64,000 nt of DNA from Eledone cirrhosa (GCA_964016885.1 OZ024748.1:24304001-24368000); one strand, 5' to 3'; positions 11,445 through 24,991 are shown, numbered from the stretch's first letter. Notes: generated by a model from the sequence alone, not told the origin. Program-made: numbers and translations.

Positions 11445-14400
11445 CTATAGTCTGATGTAGAGTGAAGGCCAATTCACACGGGCCATTCTCGCCACTTTCA
11501 CCCATCTTTCATAGAAACGGCTGGGGTGCAGCACCTCTCTCTCCATCCTGATCCTTCTTCCGAAATGATATCGGAAGAAACGGACCAGTTGTTGGCCAGA
11601 GAGAAAGGTGTCTGACCTCAGTCCTTTCAGACGCGTCCACCATACAACTTCTTTCGCCATGGCTATTACGCACAGAAACACCGCCTCTCCTTCGTTTTTG
11701 AAGGGGGGAGGCGGCTTGATCGTTACAATAGACTCGGTGGTCAACCGGATTGGTCCCAGCCTTGACAGCAGTTGTTCGACATAACCCCACAGATCGGCAA
11801 TGCCCGAGCAGTGTACCAATGCGTGTGCAACGGTTTCCTCGTCGCACACGCATCTGGGACAGATCTTTTTCGATGGGTCCCTACCCGGGCGCCCGTGTCT
11901 GTAGAGCCTTTCTCGAACGGGCAGAGCCCTTCTGTAGCATTGCCAGGCCAGAGACCTCTGGAAGTTATCCATGGGTCCCGGGCTGAATGTCCTACCGAAC
12001 AGGTTGGCCAGTTCGTCTTCCTCCATGCCTAGGGCTTCTCCGAGGGCGTCGTCGCACCTGCTAACCACCAGCCCTCTATAGAATGACGAGGTGGATTCTC
12101 CACTGACAGCCGGGTCCGCCTGCCAGAGAGCCGTGAGTGCCTGGGCACACTCGGTGTGCCAGGCGCCCAGTTTTCTCGGTCTTTGCTTGACCCAGGATTG
12201 CAGCTCGGTGAGTGAGACGAGTCTGGGAAAGGCTCGCCTCACAAACGGGGCCCACACCGGTTGACCGGAGAGGAATACCTGAAGGTGCCGTAGCCTTAAT
12301 GCGTGTTTACGTATCATTAGCCACGGCATCACCAGCCCTCCTTTCGAAGGGTGTTGACAGCAGATGGATCTCCTCACCATAGGAGCCCGCTTCTTCCAAA
12401 GGAATTGGAAGAGTGCGCGCTCCATTTTGGCGAGCGTTTCCCTTGGGCAAGGCACAACGGTCAGGCGGTAGTAGATGACGGACGCTATATAAGTGTTCGC
12501 CACCTCCGCCCGTCCTTTCAGGGACAGTTTGCACTCGGCCCACTTCTGGGTCAGTGCAAACACCCTGTTCGTCACCTCACCCCAGTTCTTCTCCGCCTGG
12601 AGGTCTGGTCCGAACCAGACCCCGAGCAACTTCACCGGGCCCTCCGTCCAGCGCCCGACGACGCCATCGGAGGGCATCGATCTGCCCCTCCACGTGCCGA
12701 GTTGCAGACCGATCGACTTGTCCCGGTTCAGCTTAGCCCCTGTAAACCTTTCGTACTCCTCCAGTAAGGTGCCGATCGCCCTGATTTCCGAGGCCGTCGA
12801 CACCATTACTGTTACGTCATCGGCGTAGGCTGACACCGCTTTCCGCAATCCCGGTTCCAACGGGATGCCCTGCAACAACTCCAACTTCCGCAGCAGTGGC
12901 TCTAGAGTCATTACATACAGAAGGGAGGAGAGAGGCACCCCTGTCGGATGGACCACGCGATTTCGAACGGCTCCGAGAGGTAGCCGTTCACCTTGACCCT
13001 AGAGCAGATGCGGCTGCTGTGCATGGCATTGATCCAGCCCCTGAAAACGGGTCCGAAGCCTGCTGCCGCTAGCACCGCATCCAGGTAACCATGGTCGACC
13101 CTATCGAATGCCTTAGATTGATCCAAGTTGATCAGGGCCCCACCAAAGCCGGGTTCGTTCCCAACCCTCTCTATGATGTATCGCATGAGGTGGAGGTTAT
13201 CGTGGATGGACCTGGACGGGATAGCACATGTCTGCGCATTTCCCACCCGGTTGCCCACGACAAGCGCCAACCTCTTTGCTAGCACCTTGGCCAAAATCTG
13301 TAACTCTGTATTTAGCAGAGTTATGGGCCTGAAATTATTTATATCGTCCCCCTTGTTCTCGTCCTTCCTCACTAGCGTGACTACGCCCTTGGTCACAGCA
13401 CAGGGAATTCTCCCGTTCTGTTGCCAGTTGCAGTAGACCGCCTCGAGGAGTTCGGGGAACAAGTCCGGCATAGCTAGATATAGTTCGTATGGAAGACCAT
13501 CGAGACCCGGGGATTTGCGTTTGCCGCATTGGCTCAGCACGTCCTCTATCTCAGCGGCTGAAATCGGCTCCTCGCAGGACTTCGCCTCCCTGTCCGAGAG
13601 ACGCGGCAGGCCGTCGAGGTATGGACCGAAGTCCACGTCCCCAACCGGCCCCCCGCCCCTTCCGAACAATCCGGCAAAGTGCTTTTGAAAAGCCTCACAC
13701 ATCTGCTTAGGTTCAAGGATCACCCGTCCATCCTGGTCTCGCAAAGACCGGATAGTGGATCTGCTCCCTCTTTTGGCTTCTGTCACGCGGGCCCAGCTAA
13801 CAGCTTTGGTCCCCTCGTTTCCCAGAGCACGTATTTTTCTTCGGACGATGCAGCCTTCGTGTTTCGCGTCGAAGAACTGGCCCAGGGCCGTTCTCGACGC
13901 TAGCACTCTGGCCACGTCGCCGCTTCTAATTGCCTCTTCTACACTATCTACCAACTCCCTTTCCTTCCTATTTCTATTTGAGGCTAACTCCTTACTAAAT
14001 TCTATAGAGACTACTCTAATCTCTCTTTTGAGAGATCCCCACCACCTGCTGTTGACGATGGCGCCCGTCAACCGCTCCTTAACTAAAGTGCTAATCCGGT
14101 TCCTGTAAGCCTTACTTGCCGGTAAGGACAAGTTGAGCTTCCAGTAACCGGGTCCCTGTCTATGAGTTCTGTCAAGGTTGACCATGCAGGTCACTAATTT
14201 GTGGTCTGAATAGCCAACCATGCGCATTTTTGGACAACTTAAAAAGTCCTTATCCTTAATTCTTACTAAGAACCTATCTAGGTACGACCTAGATGATCCG
14301 CTACGATTTGCCCAAGTCCAGGTTGGCGCAGTCGGAAAATCTAGTCGATATCTATCGGCCAGGTCAAATCGACCGAATAACCCTTTGAGGCTATTACACC

Positions 14401-14881
14401 CCTCTCTATCGGGGCAGGCCCCTACGTAGTCCCAGCGTGCATCTAGGATACCATTCCAGTCCCCCACTAATAGCAAGGAGCGGGACGTCCCTAGAAAAGT
14501 CTCCAGACGATGGAAGAAGTCCGGCCGCATTGACCCGAAAGGGCCGTAGGCGGCTACCAACCTAAACGCTCCGCCTTTACCACTGCCAAGGTCCAAAACC
14601 ACTAGTCGACCCTCCGGGTCCAAATGTACCATCTGTGTTGCGAGACCCAGATGTTTTTGCAGCAGAACGACAACTCCACCCCCACCTCCGGGCTGACAGA
14701 GAGATGCGTGCATCTCAAAGTCATCAAAGGTGGGGGCCAGCTGTCGCACGTTGCTGATCCGGGCCTCGAAAATAACCATCACATCTATACGTTGTGACCT
14801 GAGGTCATTTAGAAGCATTGCTTGCTTCCAAGTTGAGCCCAGGCCACGCGCATTTAAACAGCCTACTCTTAGCATAGCCAT
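11445..14881 (-). pseudogene. Tx1 ORF2: APE endonuclease + reverse transcriptase + C-terminal CCHC finger, one frameshift near 12950
   Basis: CLNARGL, GDWN, SYLDRF, SDHK, GPGYWKLN, KSPGLDGLP, FRPITLLN, LDQSKAFDRV, RQG, YADD, CPRC...HALVHC. Confidence 0.93.
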
Positions 14882-14905
14882 GTTGGTGGTGAAGGGAAAA
14901 GGCAC

Positions 14906-16695
14906 TTACCTCTCTGCGTCCCGGGTATCGGGCTGCACAATTTCCATTAGGGTGGGGGATGGGTTGTTGGGTGGGGTGGTGGTTTGTGGAAGTGTAGGGG
15001 CATCAGTGTGTTGTGTGGTTGGGGAGCTTGGAGTTGTGTGGGTGTTTGGGGAGGGGGTGAGGTAGTTTTTTAGGAGGACGCGGTTAATGGGCCCGACGCA
15101 GGGGGGACCCACGTCCTCTTTAAAATTGTTTTTTAAAGTTTTATAGGTGTCCTGTGGGGCCTTAATCATTTTGAGGTGGGGGAAATCCCCTGCCTGGGTG
15201 AAGTTAGGCCCTTGTGTTTTTATTAGATTGTTGTTGTACACAATGTTTAACAGTTTTTTGTTTCTTGTGTTTATGTATGTGTATGCATGTTTTTGTTTTT
15301 GTGTGGTGTTTTTTGTTTGCTGTTGTTGTGAGCTCTTTTGTGTTGGTGTCAGTGTCATGTTTTGGGGAGGGGTTGTTTTCATTTGTGTGTCTGAGGTGTG
15401 TTTTCTTTTTTTTCTTTTGATTGTGTGGAAGTGCTCCTCCTCGTCTGACGACGAACTAGGGTCATCTTCCGCGTTGGAGGGGAGGGGTATATTTTCGGGT
15501 TGTGTTTGCGGTGCGGTTGTTTTGGAAATTGTTTTTGTTTTTTGAGTGGAGGGGATGGGTTGGACATTGTTTTGTTTTGGTTTGAGCTGTGGTGGTTGTT
15601 TCTGTAGTGGTAGTTGTGGTGATTGTGTTGGTTGTGCAGTTGTTGGTGGTGTAGGCAGGATTGGGGTTTTCTTATTAAGTTGGGGACAGACAGCCCTCAG
15701 GTGACCTCTGGTTCCGCAGAGGTAACACGAGGGCCGTCTACCCTCAACGGTAATGTTGATGAAGGATAGATCATCCAGTATGACGCGTTCAGGGATCTGG
15801 GCGATCCTTTCGGGCCTCATTTGAACTACAAGTTCGAGGCTCGTTCCACTGAACGCGTCACCCGATGCCTTTCCCATAGACACCAGCATGTCATCCTCCA
15901 GGTCCAGGAAACCTGTCAAAACCCACCATATGTCCATAATCGGCAGGATGGTGTGGATTTTTATTTTTTGTGTTCTTCTACCCATGTACGTAGGGTAGAA
16001 GGTGTATGCGGTGGATGTGATTGGTTTGATGGACAGTTTCACTGCTGTGTCCCTGTCCTTCATGAGAATGGATAGACTCCCGTAGAGTCTATCCTTCTGA
16101 ATGAAGGTGATGTCCTTCATGACGTCTTTTAAAACCAGCTCTATCTCACTCTGTGATGGTTGAGCTGGCTTTTTACTTTTGTTCGAGATTGTCCTAAACA
16201 TGACCGTGTTTAGGAGTATCTGGCTTTTTAGTTCCGGGGGGGAATGGATTGTGAATGAACCATTTTCTCCGTACACTATATATTTTTTCGCATCTGCCAG
16301 TAACTCCTTCGCTTTGGTTATATCTACTGGCAGATAGTCGAGGGTTTTCCTTGTCGTCTCGGCGAAGGAGAAATTTGTTTGTTTGTGTTGTTGTTGTCGT
16401 TGGTGGTGTTGTTGTTATCATTGTTGTTGTTGTCACCGTTATTGGTCTTGTTGTTGTTTTTGTTATTGGTGTTGTTTTCGTCCGTCGCATTGTTGTTGTT
16501 GTTGCTGTTGCTGGTGCCGCTGGTTCTTTGGGTTGTTGCCATGGCAACGTCAAGTTGTCGGTTAACAGGTGGAGAGAATTCTTCCTCTGGCTGACCTTTC
16601 TTCTTGACCTTTGCTACTGTGACAGTGGCAGGGGGAAGCTGTAAGTTTATCTTCCCCTTTCCTCCTTCGAATTTTGGTGAAGAAGCTTCGGCCAT
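14906..16695 (-). pseudogene. Tx1 ORF1 (gag-like zinc knuckle), one frameshift near 16380
   Basis: CYLCGTRGHLRAVC CCHC knuckle, P/Q/T-rich C-terminus, directly upstream of ORF2; ORFs 16324-16695 and 14906-16276 join through a frameshift in an AAC/ACAA repeat. Confidence 0.85.
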
Positions 16696-16911
16696 TTAAA
16701 AAAAATATTGACTTTTCAACAAGAAAAAACTTTTTTTTTTGGTTTAACTATTTCGCCTAAAGGCGTAGAATATTTTGAGAGACTGACCAGATCAAAGTTT
16801 GACCTGGCAGTCCCTCTACAAAATGGTACAAAAATTAAAGTTAACAGACAAGAATTTCTATAGAAATTTAAACAGAACTTACTCAGCAAGTTATACGCGT
16901 GTGTCCATCCC

Positions 16912-18957
16912 AGAGATAGATAGATAGATAGATATATTTCTTTATTAGCCACAGGGGCACAAAAGAAGGGGACAAATACAAAGGGGGAAGTTTACATACA
17001 ATAAAAACGTGTAAAATGTTATCACAGATGGAATTTAAAAGTTAGTCGATTTTCCCCAATAGAGGGAGACAGTTTATATGGGTAACACAGACCCCCGAAA
17101 AAAATGTGCAACCCTCATCTCCAGGAGTACGAAGAGCTTGTACTCCTTTCCTCTCCTCCTCCTTTTCCTCAACCTACAGGCTGATATAGAGAGAAGGCCC
17201 ATTCACTCGGGCCATTCTCGCCACTTTCACCCACCTTTCATAAAACTTGCTGGGGTACAGCACCTCTCTCTCCATCCTGATTCTTCTTCCAAAGTGGTAT
17301 TTGAAAAAAAGAATCAGTTGTTGGCCGGAGAGAAAGGTGTCTGACCTCAGCCCTTTCAACCTTGTCCACCATACAACCTCTTTCGCCATAGCTATCACAC
17401 AAAGGAAAACCGCCTCTCCTTCGTTTTTGAAGGAGGGTGGCGGTTTGATCATGACAATGGACTCGGTGGTCAACTGGATTGGTCCCACCCGCGACAATAG
17501 TCGTTCCACATAGCCCCACAGGTCAGTGACGCCCGGGCAGTGTATGAATGCGTGCGCGACGGTTTCTTCGTCTCGCACGCACCTCGGACAGATCTTTTTT
17601 GCAGGGTCCCTGCCCGGGCGCCCATGTCTGTAGAGCTTGTCTCGAACTGGTAGAGCTCCTCGGTAGCACTGCCAGGCCAGGGACTTTTGGAAGTTGTCCA
17701 TCGGTCCCGGGCGGAAGGTCCTACCGAACAGACTGGCCAGTTCATCTTCCTCCACGCCTAGAGTTTCACCGAGCGCGTCGTCGCACTTGCTGCGGACCAA
17801 CCCTCTATAGAATGACGAAGTGGAGTCTCCACTGATCGCCGGGTCCGCCTGCCAGAGGGCTGTGAGCGCCTGAGCACATTCGATGTGCCAGTCGCCCATT
17901 TTCCTCGGTCTCTGCTTGACCCAGGACTGCAGCTCGGTCAGCGAGACGAGTCGTGGGAAGGCTCGCCTCACGAACGGGGCCCACACCGGTTGTCCGGTGA
18001 GGAATACGTAGAGATGCCGCAGCCTGAGCGCGTGTTTGCGCATCGTCAACCACGGCATCCCCAGCCCTCCGTTAGAAGGGTGTTGGCAGCAGATGGATCT
18101 TCTTACCAAAGGAGCCCGCCTCTTCCAAAGGAATCGGAAGAGGGCGCGCTCCATTTTGGCGAGCGTTTTGGCTGGACAAGGCACGACGGTCAAGCGGTAG
18201 TAGATGGCGGACGCTATAAAAGTGTTCGCCACCTCCGCTCGACCTTTCAAGGATAGTTTGCACTCGGCCCACTTCTGGGTGAGTGCAAACACCTTGGCCG
18301 TCACTTCGTTCCAGTTCTTCTCCACCTGGAGGTCCGGACCAAACCAGACCCCGAGCAGCTTTACCGGTCCTTCCGTCCAGCGTCCGACGACGCCATCGGA
18401 AGGCATCGGTCTGCCTCTCCACGATCCGAGTTGCAAACCGATGGACTTGTCCCGGTTCAGCTTCGCTCCTGTGAGACTTTCGTATTCCTTTAGTAAGGTG
18501 CCGACTTCCTCGATTTGCGAGGCGCTCGACACCATTACTGTCACGTCGTCGGCGTAGGCCGACGCCGCTTTCCGCAGTCCCGGTTCCAGAGGGATGCCCT
18601 GCAATAGCTCCAGCTTCCGCAGTAGTGGCTCGAGAGTCAGTACGTACAGAAGGGAGGAGAGAGGACATCCCTGTCGAATGGATCGCGTAATATGGAACGG
18701 CTCCGAGAGGTAACCGTTCACCTTGACCCTTGAGCAGATGTTGCTGTTGTGCATTGCAGCAATCCAGCCCCTGAACACGGGTCCGAAGCCTGCCGCCTCG
18801 AGCACCGCATCCAGGTAACGATGGTCAACCCTATCGAAAGCCTTAGACTGATCCAAGTTGATCAGGGCCCCACCGAAGCCGGGTTTACACCCTACCCTCT
18901 CTATGATGTATCGCATGAGGTGGAGGTTGTCGTGTATGGACCTGGTCGGGATCGCGC

Positions 18958-18958
<1 letters not shown>
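16912..18958 (-). mobile_element. 5'-truncated Tx1 copy A2 with uninterrupted RT/C-terminal frame (17174-18958) and (TATC)n tail
   Basis: Highly similar to A1 ORF2 ([14 protein letters not shown]...YADD...CPRC); own 3'UTR with AATAAA; tail abuts the A1 5' end. Confidence 0.92.
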
Positions 18959-19014
<56 letters not shown>

Positions 19015-19360
19015 TAGACAGACAGATAGATAGACAGACATACAGGCAGACAGCCAGACAGACATAGACAGATAGACAAACAGATAGATAGATAAATAGA
19101 TGTTTCTTTATTAGCCACAGGGGCACAAAAGAAGGGGACAAATACAAAGGGGGAAGTTTCCATACAATAAAAACGTGTAAAATACTATCACAAATGCAAT
19201 TTAAAAGTTAATCGATTTTCCCCAATAGGGAGAGACATTTCATATGGGTAACACATACCCCCGAAAAAATGTGCAACCCTCATCTCCAGGTGTACGAAGA
19301 GTTTGTACCCCTTTCCTCTCTTCCTCTTTTTCCTCAACCTACAGGCTGATATAGAGAGAC
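18959..19360 (-). mobile_element. Severely 5'-truncated Tx1 copy A3 (last codons + 3'UTR) with long GATA/GACA tail
   Basis: 19100-19358 is nearly identical to the A2 3' end at 16934-17193. Confidence 0.9.
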
Positions 19361-20010
19361 AATGTGTAAACATTGGTAGCTAGATAGACAGATATCAGTG
19401 TGTAGATGTCATGTAACCAGATAGATAGATATATAGGAAGTGTGTAGGGAGACGTTGGCTAGTCTGACAGACAGATAAATAGTGTGTAGACTTTGGTTGC
19501 CAAACAGACAGACACCGTGTAGAAGTCGTGAAGCTAGCTTGATAGATAGATACACAGACAGATAGAGAACGTGTAGACGTTTGTAGCCAGATAAACAGTG
19601 CGTAAACATTGGGTAACGAAATAGACAGAAAAACTGTGTCGTCTTTAGTTGCTAGACTGACAGACGGACTGATAGCGTACAGATGTCTTGTAGCCTGATA
19701 GATAGTCAGATAGATAAATGGGTGTAGAGTTTAGTTGCTAGACTGACAGACGGACTGATAGCGTGCAGATGTCTTGTAGCCTGATAGATAGTCAGATAGA
19801 TAAATGGGTGTAGAGTTTAGTTGCTAGACTGACAGACGGACTGATAGCGTGCAGATGTCTTGTAGCCTGATAGATAGTCAGATAGATAAATGGGTGTAGA
19901 GTTTAGTTGCTAGACTGGCAGACGGACTAATAGCGTACCAGATAGATAGATTGGATAGCTAGATAGACAGATAAAGATGTGTAGAGTTTAGCTACCAAAT
20001 TGACAGTGTA
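19361..20010. repeat. GATA-derived minisatellite with an 86-bp higher-order unit (~3.3 copies)
   Basis: gctagactg recurs at 19651, 19737, 19823 and 19909; degenerate ~40-bp subunits flank it. Confidence 0.85.
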
Positions 20011-20492
20011 TAGACATTGAAATATTATTATTGATTAAATTTAAATGAAAGGCCTTAGTATCATACTATCCCGTATTTATAAAAGATTTTTTTCATGGAA
20101 GAAGACTGAAGGAATTCAAAGAATGTCTTAACAAAACAAGGAGAAAAAGAGAAAATCGTGTTTATTTTACTTTCGTTTCAGAGAAATTCCTTTCAAACCA
20201 TAAAATGATCAGCTATTTGTTTACTTTAATTCTCCATTTAGTCTCCAGACTTGCAGACTTTCCTTTTATTTATAACTTTCTGATTGTTTTCATTAATTTT
20301 ATTTGTTGGGGTTATTTTTACATGTGTTTTTATTTTTAATTTAATTTTCCTATTTCCGATTCTTATCTTTACTTGAATATTTAACTTAAGACTTCCTAAA
20401 TATTCATCTGAGGTCTCCATGAACTGTATTGCTTTTTCACATCATATTAGGATTTATATTTCTGAAATTTGTGTGTTCTTTATATATATATG

Positions 20493-20560
<68 letters not shown>

Positions 20561-20710
20561 GACAAGTAAGTAGATTTTGAAACAGCGAGCGATTTTAGAA
20601 TTAGAAGCTTTCGCCGTACTTTTGACTAAAGAAATTTTAGCCCGGCAGTGGGATTTAGAACCCTCAAACAAATGGAGAAAGATGAGTATTGACGTACATG
20701 GGAGTCGAAC

Positions 20711-20752
<42 letters not shown>

Positions 20753-20891
20753 CTAAGGGGGACACACTCAGTACACGGTGACACAAACGCACATACGTTC
20801 GATTCTAGTCTACAGAGAGATACAAGGAAGAACAAAATCAGTGTTATATATATACATTATATATACACACACATATATATATATGTGTGTG

Positions 20892-20958
<67 letters not shown>

Positions 20959-21020
20959 GTTATGTATATATATATATATATATATTTATATATAAATATA
21001 AGTGTGTGTGTGTATGTATG

Positions 21021-21051
<31 letters not shown>

Positions 21052-21090
21052 ATATATATGTGTGTGTGTGTGTATATATATATGCGTGTG

Positions 21091-21165
<75 letters not shown>

Positions 21166-21451
21166 ATATATATATATGTGTGTGTGTGTATATATATGTG
21201 TGTGTGTGTAACACTGATTTTGTACTTCCCTGTATCTCTGTTTAAACAAATAATCAAGTGTGTGTGTGTCCATGTGTGTGTGTGTGTGTGTGTGTCCATG
21301 TGTGTGTGTGTGTCCGTGAGTGTGTGTGTTTGTTTGTTTAATAACTGCAATGGCTGCACCACATAATTCATCCTCTTCACTTAATCTCTCATCTACAAAA
21401 TCTGTTTAATTTCCGATACCAGTCTTTCTGTCTATCTATTACCCCTACCTC

Positions 21452-21526
<75 letters not shown>

Positions 21527-21619
21527 CATACATACTTACATATATACTTACATACATACGTGCATACATGCTTCGATACATAAATACATGCATGCATACT
21601 TGAAAGATTATATATTTAG

Positions 21620-21687
<68 letters not shown>

Positions 21688-21689
21688 GT

Positions 21690-21984
21690 AGGAGGTGAGT
21701 TTTATTGTAGTACAATAAAGCAATGCAGATATCGGATAAGAAGCACTCTACAGTTTGTAGGACTGGAGTATACATAATATATAAGATCAAAAGATGGTTA
21801 AAAGAGTTCCATGTATTTTATTATGCGCATTTCAAAAACAAATATCATCATGCAATAACATTTGCGTTTTCGTCAGATAAAATAGGGAGACATGACGAAA
21901 ACGCACATGTTATTGCATGATGATATTTGTTTTTGAAATGCGCATAATAAAATACATGGAACTCTTTTAACCATCTTTTGATCT

Positions 21985-21992
<8 letters not shown>
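21690..21992 (-). mobile_element. Fold-back element in (TA)n with a degenerate hammerhead-like motif
   Basis: ~21775-21873 is inverted at ~21893-21992; contains aTGATGA...GAAA-tgcgca-TA at ~21917-21946. Confidence 0.6.
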
Positions 21993-22029
<37 letters not shown>

Positions 22030-22036
22030 TATATGC

Positions 22037-22067
<31 letters not shown>

Positions 22068-22105
22068 CACACACATATATATGTATATATATATATACAT
22101 ATATA

Positions 22106-22175
<70 letters not shown>

Positions 22176-22179
22176 TATA

Positions 22180-22250
<71 letters not shown>

Positions 22251-22255
<5 letters not shown>

Positions 22256-23256
22256 TAAAGTGGTCCTTCATCAGTGATCTTCCAACCATCATCGGTATTT
22301 TTTCGCTTTAAAGACCATATACCTCCGGTTGGTGCGAGCAACGGCTAAAGAAAGTCGTTGTGACACGTAAATAAAGGGGACACGAGAGTGTAAACAAACA
22401 AAAATGGTGAAGCAACGAAAAGTGAGGAAGAACGAGTCAAGTCCCAAATTTCCATGAATATAAGTTCGGTGAAATCGTGAACGAGAGAGAATAAAAACCA
22501 TCAAACCTGGTTGAAATGTGAGCAAGGAAGGAATTCCGTACAGGTCTAACGGGAGGAAGAAGGGATCTAGTCTGTGAATTCGGTGAACATAAGTTCTGTG
22601 AAATCGTAGACGAGAGAGAGAAAAAATGCCGACCGGCCTGTCCAAGCGTGCGAAAGAAAAGAATTACGCACAGGTCAAACGGGAAGAAGGAGGAGGAGGA
22701 GAGGTAGTAACAGAGAGTAAGTGAGTGAAGGGTGAGGAAGAGGCTAACAGAGAGAGTGGCTGCTAGAGAGGGTAAAGATACAGAGAAAGAGGAAGCAGTA
22801 AGAACGAAATAGACGGGTCACAGTGGGGGAAAAAAATATGTGTAAATATGAGAATAAACCTGCTGCGTAGTTGCAAATGGGTTACATATGAATAAAGTGG
22901 TCCTTCATCCTCCCGTTAGACCTGTGCGAAATTCCTTCCTTGCTCACATTTCAACCAGGTTTGATGGTCTTTATTCTCTCTCGTTCACGATTTCACCGAA
23001 CTTATATTCATGGAAATTTGGGACTTGACTCGTTCTTCCTCACTTTTCGTTGCTTCACCATCTTTGTTTGTTTACACTCTCGTTGTTCCCTTTATTTACG
23101 TGTCCCAACGACTTTCTTTAGCCGTTGCTCGCACCAAAAGGAGGTATATGGTCTTTAAAGCGAAGAAATACCGATGATGGTTGGAAGATCACTGATGAAG
23201 GACCCCTTTATTCATATGTAACCCATTTGCAACTCCGCAGCACGTTTATTCTCATA
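22251..23256. mobile_element. Large fold-back element in (TA)n (~310-bp arms)
   Basis: 22251-22558 is inverted at 22908-23214; internal ~127-bp tandem duplication; an extra inverted copy of the terminus at 22846-22909. Confidence 0.7.
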
Positions 23257-23270
23257 TATATATATACATA

Positions 23271-23346
<76 letters not shown>

Positions 23347-23354
23347 TATAAATG

Positions 23355-23395
<41 letters not shown>

Positions 23396-23573
23396 CTAAA
23401 TATATAATCTTTCATGTATGCATACATGTATGTATGTATGTATGTATGTATGTATGTATTATGTATGCGTGTATGTATGTATGTATGTATGTATTATGTA
23501 TGTATGTATTATGTATGCGTATGTATGTATGTATGTATTATGTATGTATGTATTATGTATGCGTGTATGTATG

Positions 23574-24400
23574 TTCTCCTGGTTTTATAATTTCACAAAT
23601 TTTTACCACTCGAGAGAGAGTCGGTTTCTAACATAGACAAAAGACTCTCTCATTGGAATTTACACAACATCAACTAGGTAGATTAAGTATACATGCATGC
23701 ATGTGTAGATATGGATGTTATTGTATGTGTGGATGTGGATGTTTTGAGTTGTATGTGTGCATGAGTATATGCTCTGTATCTGTACATGTGTATATGCAGT
23801 TATTAGATGCAAAATTTTTGGAATGTTTTACATATTTTTACTGTTCCATTAATGGATTGTACTTGTAATTTCCTAACTAGTTGTTTTCTTTCTGTTCCTG
23901 TGAAGCATAGCTTCTCAAGATTTGTATTGAGGCAGTTACTAACATATCCCAGTGCCCCAATAATCACAGGCATAAATCTGAAGGTGTAATCAGGGTGGAG
24001 TATCTGCAGATTTCTCATCAGTTCTGCATAAATATTCTCCTTTTCACTAATCTTTGATATTATATTGGCATCTGCTGGGCAGCTAATTTCCACTACTGTG
24101 CATGTTTTCTTCTCCCTGTCCCATATCATAATATCTGGTCTGTTATGCCTGCATTTTATTGGGGTTTTTACTGGAATATTCCACCAGTACTCTTTCATAT
24201 TATATACATGGATGTCTTCCACATTGGTGTAGCTTTTAATGTGTTTATTATCGGGGCTATCTTTTTTACGAACTACATTGTACAGTGTTTTGGCCACTAC
24301 ATCATGCCTCATAGGTAGATAGTACCGCAATGACATCTTTGGACAGCTGCTGATGACATGGGTGATATCCTCGACGTTAGTTCTGCAGAGTCTGCACTTG
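23574..24400 (-). mobile_element. R4/Dong-like LINE 3' fragment (CCHC + restriction-like endonuclease)
   Basis: CRLCRTNVEDITHVISSC, RHD, NRPDIMIWD, VEISCP, EKENIY, PVIIGALG; (TATG)n on both sides. Confidence 0.85.
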
Positions 24401-24440
24401 TATGTAAGTATGTAATTATGTATGTATGTATGTAAGTATG

Positions 24441-24750
24441 TTCTTCTTTTTGGTAAAAATCATCTTGGTTAAGAGAGTGGGACTGGCTTTGTGCAGTGCA
24501 TTTGCTCACTATAAAAGCTTCACGGCACAGGCATTGCTTTATATCTGGAGATCTCTCTGCACTTGTCGTCACATGATACCATGGGCCCAGCACTGTGTCA
24601 ATAATTGTCACAGGTGTAGTGTTTGTACCAGAGTTTTCAAGTCGCTGGCTGGACTAAAAAGTCACACTCGTTCAGCGCATCGGTAGGGGTTCTCCTACAT
24701 GGATATAAAGTAGTGGCTGTACTCGAAAACGAGTTGGCAGCCACCATGTA
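24441..24750 (+). mobile_element. RTE-related 3' fragment with C2H2 finger and (TATG)n tail
   Basis: CSVCTRVFKSLAGLKSHTRSAH*; near-identical to 48870-49180 on the minus strand. Confidence 0.7.
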
Positions 24751-24960
24751 AGTATGTATGTATGTATGTACGTATGTATGTATCGAAGCATGCATGCATG
24801 CATGTATGTATGTATGTATTTACGTATGTATGTATCGAAGCATGCATGTATGTATGTATGTATGTATGTACGTATGTACGTATGTACGTATGTACGTATG
24901 TACGTATGTACGTATGTACGTATGTACGTATGTACGTATGTACGTAAGTATGTATGTATG

Positions 24961-24991
<31 letters not shown>

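Larger units (their letters stand above)
11147..16911 (-). mobile_element. Full-length Tx1-clade non-LTR retrotransposon (copy A1) with (TATC)n tail
   Basis: 5'UTR ~16911-16696, ORF1, ORF2, 3'UTR 11444-11180 with AATAAA, then (TATC)n; (GATA)n also abuts the 5' end. Confidence 0.92.

Noticed and set aside
18959-19147. Hydrophobic N-terminus of the 657-aa ORF
   Set aside because: Read-through of the GATA/GACA tail of the adjacent Tx1 copy, not part of ORF2.
20778-22341. Many overlapping ORFs of YI/HT/CV repeats (also 27055-28512, 39415-43195)
   Set aside because: Translations of stop-free dinucleotide microsatellites.
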